From positions 1 to 7,719 of the forward strand of contig NJBF01000084.1 in NCBI GenBank assembly GCA_003144275.1: DNA of 7,719 nt, read 5' to 3'. The position numbers were made by a program, and so were the translations under genes. The DNA comes from Candidatus Heimdallarchaeota archaeon B3_Heim (GTDB taxonomy: Archaea > Asgardarchaeota > Heimdallarchaeia > Hodarchaeales > Hodarchaeaceae). A model generated the notes under the pieces. That model was not told the DNA's origin. It worked only from the letters and a program-made list of their open reading frames with translations, and searched no databases. Shown in pieces: positions 1 through 6,312 of the stretch; the first letter of the stretch is position 1; each line of letters starts with the position of its first letter.

Positions 1-38
1 TTTCGTGGCGGAAAGCGAGGTAGTTTGATTTTGGTCAT
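1..38 (-). CDS. Possible 5' end of a gene running off the left edge (MTKIKLPRFPPR...)
   Basis: ATG at 38..36 on the minus strand, open to the edge for only 12 codons. Co-directional with the 197..859 gene. Too short to verify. Confidence 0.25.
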   Translation of the reverse strand, partial: MTKIKLPRFPPR

Positions 39-196
39 GATAACTGCTAATCACTTTTCTCCACATTTAAGTCTTTCCCCTTCGAGATTTCATGACATTC
101 ACCTTCTCCCATAGTTACGAAGTACTGGATAATTTTACGACATCTAGAAAAATCCAGGATATCTTTCTTTGTTTTAGAATAACAACAAAATGGGCA

Positions 197-859
197 TTAA
201 GCTACAGACTTTACTTCTTCCTTCTTGCTTCCTATCATCGGAACACCGATTTCATTAGCACCAAATCCTGTTAATATAGCAAAAGTAAAACCTCCAATGA
301 AAATCCCGACAAATACATCAAGTAGGAAGAATATCGCGTTCAAAATAATCGCAGTCGATGCAGCATCTTTAATTATTACAAGTTGTTCAAAAATATGCAA
401 TTTCTCTGGACTAATTTTCTTTGTTATTCTTTTAATCAATTTTCCATTGTAATGAGTGATAATGAGAAAGGAAATCGATACAGTTACTGCTGTAGCGATA
501 ATACCTCCAACCACACCGAAGATTGAGTCCGTTACTAACCCTACACCGAGGCCTACTGGCCCTATGATAGCAACTAATAATACAACATATATAAAACCTA
601 GCGGTATACCAATAAAACTCGTAATTATCCACAATTTTGACCAAGAAAAAATTGTCCGAATATTAACCCATTGTACTACCCCAACTATTGCACTCCCTAT
701 AAAAAACATCGGAAAAACGAAAATATTTTCAAAGTAGTAAAAGATCCATATAATTGATCCGAATAATATACTCCATCCAACTAAACTTGATAATATCCAA
801 GTAAACCAAAGAGTAAGAGTAAACACAGATTTTCTTATCGGTGTGTATAGATAGGACAT
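197..859 (-). CDS. Uncharacterised polytopic membrane protein (220 aa from ATG 859; roughly 6-7 hydrophobic segments)
   Basis: Long Gly/Trp-rich hydrophobic ORF. The track starts at TTG 886, but ATG 859 has an AAGGT SD-like motif 7 nt upstream and is preferred. Motifs WFTWILSSLVG, GVVQW and WSKLWIITSFIG. Confidence 0.8.
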   Translation of the reverse strand: MSYLYTPIRKSVFTLTLWFTWILSSLVGWSILFGSIIWIFYYFENIFVFPMFFIGSAIVGVVQWVNIRTIFSWSKLWIITSFIGIPLGFIYVVLLVAIIGPVGLGVGLVTDSIFGVVGGIIATAVTVSISFLIITHYNGKLIKRITKKISPEKLHIFEQLVIIKDAASTAIILNAIFFLLDVFVGIFIGGFTFAILTGFGANEIGVPMIGSKKEEVKSVA

Positions 860-1125
860 GATCTTTACCTTATAACAATGTTTCAAGGAAGGAATTTTCT
901 CTCAAGTTTCTTTCTTATGTTATACTAATTGCATTTTTATATATATATTCCGAAATAAAATTCAGCTTTTTCATCTTATATTCAGTAAAAAGTTGATTTG
1001 ACTAATTTACCTATTAAAGAAGCCATCATCTTGGAATTTGGTCTGATTGCGTCAAATAATAGAAAATTGAAAAGATAATTCTTCATTTTTTTCGAAATTA
1101 GCCTGGATTTTCAGAGGCTGAAAGA

Positions 1126-1632
1126 TTATTTATTCCAGAGGGATTTCGGTCTTGGAATCCATCTAGGAACATTACTCATATATTTAACATACTCGTTTCC
1201 AAGAATTTTTACTAATTCTTCTTCTTCAAATTTAACCATCAAATTAAAAAAAAAGAAAGTTATGAAGACTGGAATAGAAGAAACGAGAGAGAATGAGAGA
1301 AATACAAACGCCAGATACAACACTAGAATACTGAGATATAATGGGTGCCGTACTACAGCATAAATTCCATCTGAAACTAATCCTGTAGAATCCTTAGATG
1401 GGGAAAATATCTTTTTTTGAGAAGTATTCATTAGGGGAAAAGATAATATTCCAGTAATTATGAATAAAAAAATACGTAAGACAAATGGAACTAGGTTCCT
1501 TATATCTACGAAGACTTGAAATAAAAATGTATCCAGAATCCAAACTAGAAAAAAGAAGATTGCACTTCCAATCATTATCTGATGTGAATAAGGATGTTCT
1601 AATCCCACGCCTGACTGATGTTGTGAAGACAT
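1126..1632 (-). CDS. Isoprenylcysteine carboxylmethyltransferase / PEMT-family integral membrane methyltransferase (168 aa)
   Basis: Family motifs LVSDGIYAVVRHPLY and FEEEELVKILGNEYVKYMSNVPRWIP, with several TM helices. Confidence 0.9.
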   Translation of the reverse strand: MSSQHQSGVGLEHPYSHQIMIGSAIFFFLVWILDTFLFQVFVDIRNLVPFVLRIFLFIITGILSFPLMNTSQKKIFSPSKDSTGLVSDGIYAVVRHPLYLSILVLYLAFVFLSFSLVSSIPVFITFFFFNLMVKFEEEELVKILGNEYVKYMSNVPRWIPRPKSLWNK

Positions 1633-1654
1633 AATTTTTCACTTGTATTGTATA

Positions 1655-1662
1655 TCTTATAA
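1655..1662 (-). promoter_or_regulatory. Candidate TATA box (TTATAAGA) for a near-leaderless methyltransferase transcript
   Basis: TTATAA core centred about 26 nt upstream of ATG 1632, which is archaeal TATA-to-start spacing. Confidence 0.45.
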
Positions 1663-1818
1663 GTAATCTGTTCTCGGAGGTAAACCAAGGTGTAAAATCA
1701 ATATTTTGATCGGAAAATCAAGCATTGCTAGTAAAAACAAATGTATTCACTTTTCATTAGCATAAAATATATATTTTGTAACAATCATTTCTTTTCGTAC
1801 GTGATATTTCAATAAGTT

Positions 1819-1826
1819 TTTATATA
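1819..1826 (+). promoter_or_regulatory. Candidate TATA box (TTTATATA) of the ABC operon
   Basis: Good archaeal TATA consensus preceded by purine-rich AATAAG. It implies a start near 1850, just upstream of the SD. Confidence 0.55.
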
Positions 1827-1835
1827 CTACACAAC

Positions 1836-1852
1836 TTGCGTCAGTTACGCAA
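1836..1852. promoter_or_regulatory. Inverted repeat TTGCGT-N5-ACGCAA, candidate operator
   Basis: Perfect 6-bp inverted repeat with 50% GC arms in AT-rich DNA, lying between the TATA box and the expected transcription start. Confidence 0.5.
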
Positions 1853-1857
1853 ATAGC

Positions 1858-1863
1858 GGAGGT
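1858..1863 (+). promoter_or_regulatory. Shine-Dalgarno GGAGGT for the ABC ATPase
   Basis: GGAGGT ends 8 nt before ATG 1872. Confidence 0.7.
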
Positions 1864-1871
1864 AACAATGT

Positions 1872-2816
1872 ATGAGTAAAAGTGAAAGTGATCAAGTTCT
1901 TCAAGTTTCAGAAGTAACGAAAATTTACGGACGATCATATCTGACAAATATTGCAGGCAAGACCATTAGTCGTCGAGTAGTAGGAGCAGAAGAAGTCAGC
2001 TTTATAGTGAACAAAGGCGAAATTTTTGGATTCCTTGGTCCGAATGGTGCAGGAAAAACTACAACTATTAGATGTATTCTTGATTACTTAAAAATGCAGA
2101 GCGGAATGATAAGTGTTTTTGGGTTAGATCATCATATTGACGCTTTAGAGATTCGAGAGAGAATAGGATATATACCTGGAGACTTAGCATTATTTAAGAA
2201 CTATACAGGTAATGAACTAATAAATTTCTATGGTTCTTTCCGTCCTATAGATCCAGATTTTTTAAAAGAGCTACGGTCATTGTTCAGAGTGGATTTAAGT
2301 CTTAAAATCAAATCACTTTCGTCTGGAAATCGTCAACAAGTAGGAATAATATTAGCCCTCGCTTCAAAACCTGAATTTCTCATCTTAGATGAACCTACTT
2401 CGGGTTTAGATCCTCTGATGACTGCTAATTTCCATCGAATCTTAAAAAAACTTAAACAGGAAGGATATACGATATTTCTTAGTTCTCATGATCTTGCTGA
2501 AGTACAATCTGTATGCGATCGTGTAGGTATTATTCGTGAGGGTCGGATGATTCTTATCGAAAATGTTGAAGATCTAAGATCTAAATTCGTCCAACACATT
2601 AATATTAAGTTTGATCCATCAAAGGTCCCGCAAATCTCGGATTTTCCTAGTAATTCCTCTATTATATCCGTTAATCAGATTAAAAAAACTGTCTTTAGCT
2701 TGACGATTAGTGAAAACATTAATTCTTTCCTTCATTGGTTAAGGAATTATGAAATCATACGGTTGACCATAGAGGACGCCTCTTTGGAAGAAATCTTTTT
2801 ACAATATTATGAATAG
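1872..2816 (+). CDS. ABC-2 type exporter ATP-binding protein (314 aa)
   Basis: Walker A GPNGAGKTT, signature variant LSSGNRQ, Walker B/D-loop LILDEPTSGLDP and H-loop SSH. The C-terminal EDASLEEIFLQYY is typical of ABC-2 drug/peptide exporters. Confidence 0.95.
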   Translation: MSKSESDQVLQVSEVTKIYGRSYLTNIAGKTISRRVVGAEEVSFIVNKGEIFGFLGPNGAGKTTTIRCILDYLKMQSGMISVFGLDHHIDALEIRERIGYIPGDLALFKNYTGNELINFYGSFRPIDPDFLKELRSLFRVDLSLKIKSLSSGNRQQVGIILALASKPEFLILDEPTSGLDPLMTANFHRILKKLKQEGYTIFLSSHDLAEVQSVCDRVGIIREGRMILIENVEDLRSKFVQHINIKFDPSKVPQISDFPSNSSIISVNQIKKTVFSLTISENINSFLHWLRNYEIIRLTIEDASLEEIFLQYYE

Positions 2817-2827
2817 GGGTTTTATAG

Positions 2828-3640
2828 ATGCTTACAGTATATAGAAAAAATTTACGGAAATATTTGTTGATTGGTATATCTTTTCCTATAGTAATAGTTC
2901 TATTCATACCACTAATTGGCAGCTTATGGCCTGAATTACGTAATCAGATGGAGTTTTTTCAAGAATTCCTAAAAAATCCTATTTATCAGGTCATGTTAGG
3001 GGAGTTAGTTGATCTTAGCACTTGGCCGGGAATGTATTTCATGTATATATTTATGATGCTAGAGTGGGTTATGATCTTTGCGACAATTTTCATCCCAGCA
3101 CGCTTAATTTCTTCTGAGATGGATAATAATACTCTGGACGTTATGTTGAGTTATCCTATTCCTCGTTGGAGATATGGCCTTGAGAAATATAGCGTATATT
3201 TGACTTATAATCTTCTCTATCCTATCCTTATCCTTTCAACAACTTTCCTAGCAAATGAAACCATGCTCAATATAGATTTCATCTCTGCAGAGGAAACAAT
3301 AGATTTGGTTGTGGTTGGATATGCTACTATTGGATCATGGTTACTCTTTTTCGCCTTGGGGGCACTTTCTTTTCTTTGTGGGATGATTTTTCTCGAATCC
3401 AGCAAAGCAATGGCTTTCTCTGGGCTAGTTATCCTTGGTCAATATATGATGGAACGTTTCGGTGGTATTACTGAAAGTATTAGTTTCCTTCAGGACTATT
3501 CTCTCTTTCATTATTTGTCTGCTTCTGCAATCAATCATTCTGGAAAGTTATTGATAGGTGACCTGATTATTGTTGCATCTGTTGGTCTGGCTGCATTGGC
3601 AGCTGCATTGTATATTTTTCAAACTCGAGAATTAACTTAA
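2828..3640 (+). CDS. ABC-2 type exporter permease (270 aa)
   Basis: About 6 TM segments and the ABC-2 motif ISSEMDNNTLDVMLSYPIPRWRYGLEKY. It lies 11 nt after the ATPase with a GGGGT SD at 2816-2820. Confidence 0.92.
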   Translation: MLTVYRKNLRKYLLIGISFPIVIVLFIPLIGSLWPELRNQMEFFQEFLKNPIYQVMLGELVDLSTWPGMYFMYIFMMLEWVMIFATIFIPARLISSEMDNNTLDVMLSYPIPRWRYGLEKYSVYLTYNLLYPILILSTTFLANETMLNIDFISAEETIDLVVVGYATIGSWLLFFALGALSFLCGMIFLESSKAMAFSGLVILGQYMMERFGGITESISFLQDYSLFHYLSASAINHSGKLLIGDLIIVASVGLAALAAALYIFQTRELT

Positions 3641-3667
3641 AAATTGCTGATTAGTCATCATAAAGAA

Positions 3668-3698
3668 TGAGGAATAGAATCCTCACTATTTCTTTTTT
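3668..3698 (+). terminator. Hairpin plus U-tract after the ABC operon
   Basis: TGAGGA-ATAGAA-TCCTCA (6-bp stem, 3668-3685) followed by TTTCTTTTTT (3689-3698), 27 nt after the permease stop in a convergent gap. Confidence 0.55.
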
Positions 3699-3786
3699 CA
3701 AACAAAAACCAAATTAGAATTACATTTTGAGACTATTTACCATCAGCACCAAGAGAGGTCAATAGAGGAACCATCAAAAAACTTGA

Positions 3787-4209
3787 TTATTCGCCTGTAA
3801 CAAGGTAAAGATAGCCAGTTATTAGTGTCGAAGCAATAAGAAAGAAGAGAGCAAACCATTCATCGAAGATTAACCCTGTGGTTATAGTAAGTATAACAAT
3901 AATTCCAACAATTTCGGAAACGCCTGTTCTTCCGCCACTGTATTCTCGAATGACGGTATAAACCATTAGTGAAGCAAAAAACACGATGCTCCAGACGACT
4001 AAATGAAATATTATCAGTAATGGGGTTGTAGTTCCACCAAAAAGAGTAAGTTCCCAATACAAAACTCCTAGAAAGGAATTTTTTATATCAACCACAAAGA
4101 ACAGAAAAATTAGTTCAAGTAAGAAACCTAAAGATAACATTAAAACGCCTAAAAAAAGAGTACGTAACTCTTTTGGTGCCCAAAGGTTTCGATAGAGGAG
4201 TTGTGCCAT
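3787..4209 (-). CDS. Uncharacterised small membrane protein (140 aa, about 4 TM)
   Basis: ATG start, four hydrophobic stretches and a short polar loop (IREYSGGRTGVSE). It fills the space convergent with the ABC operon. No family recognised. Confidence 0.8.
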   Translation of the reverse strand: MAQLLYRNLWAPKELRTLFLGVLMLSLGFLLELIFLFFVVDIKNSFLGVLYWELTLFGGTTTPLLIIFHLVVWSIVFFASLMVYTVIREYSGGRTGVSEIVGIIVILTITTGLIFDEWFALFFLIASTLITGYLYLVTGE

Positions 4210-4764
4210 TTTTTCTTTGACCCCTTATTAGTGTCTCAAGACAAAGCCAAATTTCGTGTAGTTTTTATCTATTTGTTTTTTTCTTTTTTAATCCACCCGT
4301 TAAGGGCTCTTAGCATATAAAATAGCCTTATATTTATTTAATTTGTTACGACGACTGGGAATAGCAAATATTATTCTTTAATTTTATATTTTTTTTATTC
4401 AACTTATATTTCACTCACTATTCCGAATCCTGAGGTCAAAATTTACGATTGGTTCAGTAGATATTCTTGAATCAAATATTTATCTAAACTGGAGATGATT
4501 TAAGAAGATAAACACCAATACTGAAAAAAAAATTTCCTTTCAATCCTTTACAATTTTCAAGAATAAAAATATCTGTAAATTATTATCAGAAATATTAAAT
4601 CAGAGGGGCAGGAGAGCGATCATATGGATAAATCTGGCTTAGAATAGCTAATCTTTTTAAGGAGAAAATGTAGATTTTAGTAGATGCGTGAAATTAGAGT
4701 AAATATTCTCCCTTTGTTTCTCTGGAAGGAATTGAGATTTTTACTTTATTTCATTTAATCAGTA

Positions 4765-4772
4765 TTATAAAG
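4765..4772 (+). promoter_or_regulatory. Possible TATA box (TTATAAAG) for the GTPase unit
   Basis: Best TATA-like match upstream of 4854, implying a leader of about 55-60 nt. The background is very AT-rich, so specificity is low. Confidence 0.3.
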
Positions 4773-4853
4773 AATTATCACTTAATAAACCATATCAGAG
4801 TTAAGATCTATCGAAGAAGAACAATTAGGCATTTTTCAATGTGGTAATATGTC

Positions 4854-5555
4854 ATGAAAATTGTGATCCTTGGTCCCTACAATAGTGGAAAATCTTCAAC
4901 CGTTCAAAAAATTTGTTCAGGAAAAGCAATTTCGATTGATTATGGTGGAACCACAATTGCCTTGGACCATTGTAAAACCACAATTTATGGGGTTGAAGTC
5001 TTTCTTTTCGGGACACCAGGATTACAACGATTCGAAATCATAAGAAAAATTTTAAGCAAAGGCGCTGATGGGATATTATTCGTTATTGATTCGGTTAATG
5101 TGGCTTCGTTTGATGAAGCAAAAAAACTTCTTTCAGAAATTGATGAGATTTTGCCCGGTACACCGATTGTTTTATGTGCGAACAAGCAGGATATCTTAGG
5201 CGCAAAGAGTCCGGAGGAAGTAGCAAATACTGTTCTGGGAAGTAGAGCTTCTTCAATATCTGTAATCGGCACATCGGCAAAAACAGGTCAAAGTTTGGAA
5301 CGAGCTCTTGGGTTAATCGTATTAAACGCGGTGAAACACTATTACCCAATTTTACAAGCGGTTAAGAAATCAACTGGAAATCTAAAAGACATCGTAGATA
5401 CGATGGGACAGGAGGAATCAGAGATTCTTTCTCAACTTCAATTTGCTTCTTGGAGACGATTAGTGATTGCGGATTGGGATAACAACCGCTATTATCTAGC
5501 GAAAGGAGTATCTAACATAATTGATATTCTAGAATTTGGACATAAGCAGATCTGA
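4854..5555 (+). CDS. Small GTPase (Ras superfamily, MglA/CvnD-like GTPG type) with a C-terminal winged-helix-like domain (233 aa)
   Basis: G1 GPYNSGKS, G2 TTIALD, G3 FGTPGLQRF, G4 NKQD, G5 SAK in aa 1-160, followed by about 70 aa with a helix-helix-helix-beta-hairpin pattern. An in-frame TAA at 4845-4847 fixes the start. Confidence 0.93.
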   Translation: MKIVILGPYNSGKSSTVQKICSGKAISIDYGGTTIALDHCKTTIYGVEVFLFGTPGLQRFEIIRKILSKGADGILFVIDSVNVASFDEAKKLLSEIDEILPGTPIVLCANKQDILGAKSPEEVANTVLGSRASSISVIGTSAKTGQSLERALGLIVLNAVKHYYPILQAVKKSTGNLKDIVDTMGQEESEILSQLQFASWRRLVIADWDNNRYYLAKGVSNIIDILEFGHKQI

Positions 5556-5582
5556 ATAGAACTAATATGGAATTGTGAGAAT

Positions 5583-5759
5583 ATGGTAGAAAAACCAGAT
5601 GTATATATTTGTCAAAACAAAGAATGTGCGAACCGTTTTCAAAAAGCAGTATTTGTTACAATTGAAGAAGAAGGTATTTACATAACTAAACCAAGTTGTC
5701 CAAAATGCGGTACTACTGACCTCATCTCTTCTGCTTGGTTACTTAGAAGTGAAGATTGA
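5583..5759 (+). CDS. Small zinc-ribbon protein (58 aa), absent from the ORF track
   Basis: My translation: MVEKPDVYICQNKECANRFQKAVFVTIEEEGIYITKPSCPKCGTTDLISSAWLLRSED. It has C-x4-C-x23-C-x2-C and fits between two co-directional genes with gaps of 27 and 19 nt. Confidence 0.85.
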   Translation: MVEKPDVYICQNKECANRFQKAVFVTIEEEGIYITKPSCPKCGTTDLISSAWLLRSED

Positions 5760-5778
5760 CTCTCGTTTGGGACACTAG

Positions 5779-6303
5779 ATGAGCTTCCTAATCAGCTCTC
5801 AAAGAAACAATGAACGGGATGCGCTTTCAGAAGTATTTTATGTCATTTCAGACATATTAAAATACCATGTTAAACCATTGAAGTCCAGAGTTCCAGGATT
5901 ATCCATTTTAAAGCTTGTAGATGAAATTGTGAGCCCTTTTACGGTTATTCAAGATATTCGTAACTATATTACAAAAAAAGGTCATTTAATTGCTTGTCTA
6001 AAAATTGTTCCATTAGAATATTTGATAAAAACGGATCTTCCAGCAATTATTCTCCAAACAACACACTTAGCTAAGGAAAGAATACTTCCTTCTCATTCTT
6101 GGAGAATTACTCTTAATAAGCGTCAAAGCAATTTAAGATCAGTACAGATAATCCAAGAAGTTGCCAATGAAATTAATTGGGGAATAGTCAATTTAAAAGA
6201 TCCCGATATCGAAATTAGAATTGAAATTATACGTGATTTAACAGGTTTGAGTGTAATGGCTCCAAATTCTGATATTAGTATGGTAAAGATAATATCTGAT
6301 TAA
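5779..6303 (+). CDS. Stand-alone THUMP-domain RNA-binding protein (Tan1/THUMPD1-like architecture, 174 aa)
   Basis: N-terminal ferredoxin-like part (FLISSQRNNERDALSE...LKIVPLE) plus the THUMP core SWRITLNKR and VNLKDPDIEIRIEIIRDLTGLSV. No catalytic domain is attached. Confidence 0.85.
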   Translation: MSFLISSQRNNERDALSEVFYVISDILKYHVKPLKSRVPGLSILKLVDEIVSPFTVIQDIRNYITKKGHLIACLKIVPLEYLIKTDLPAIILQTTHLAKERILPSHSWRITLNKRQSNLRSVQIIQEVANEINWGIVNLKDPDIEIRIEIIRDLTGLSVMAPNSDISMVKIISD

Positions 6304-6312
6304 AAATGATAT

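Noticed and set aside
47-196. 49 open minus-strand codons (CPFCCYSK...EKSD) directly in frame after the TAA of the 197..859 gene
   Set aside because: There is no start before CPFC, TAA read-through is unsupported, and the internal ATG gives only 21 aa. An open stretch of this length can arise by chance across six frames.
92-737. Plus-strand track ORFs 92..274, 225..452, 456..737 and minus-strand 432..644
   Set aside because: Antisense or alternate-frame shadows of the membrane protein gene, with no motifs.
938-948. (TA)5 dinucleotide run
   Set aside because: Short, lies in very AT-rich intergenic DNA, and is at most a TATA-like element.
1126-1632. Idea that the ICMT-like enzyme methylates the nearby small GTPase as in eukaryotic Ras processing
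   Set aside because: The GTPase ends in HKQI with no CAAX cysteine, the genes are about 3.2 kb apart in separate units, and this enzyme family is widespread in prokaryotes.
1394-1947. Track ORFs 1394..1642 and 1747..1947 on the minus strand
   Set aside because: They overlap better-supported genes or promoter elements and have no recognisable motifs.
3644-3662. Box C-like ATGATGA on the minus strand (3662..3656), and another on the plus strand at 7626-7632
   Set aside because: No correctly spaced CTGA D'/D boxes follow, so a C/D sRNA is not supported.
3217-4057. Track ORFs 3217..3405 and 3860..4057 on the minus strand
   Set aside because: Shadows of the permease and of the 140-aa membrane protein.
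4985-5349. Track ORFs 4985..5272 and 5095..5349 on the minus strand
   Set aside because: Antisense to the motif-complete GTPase.
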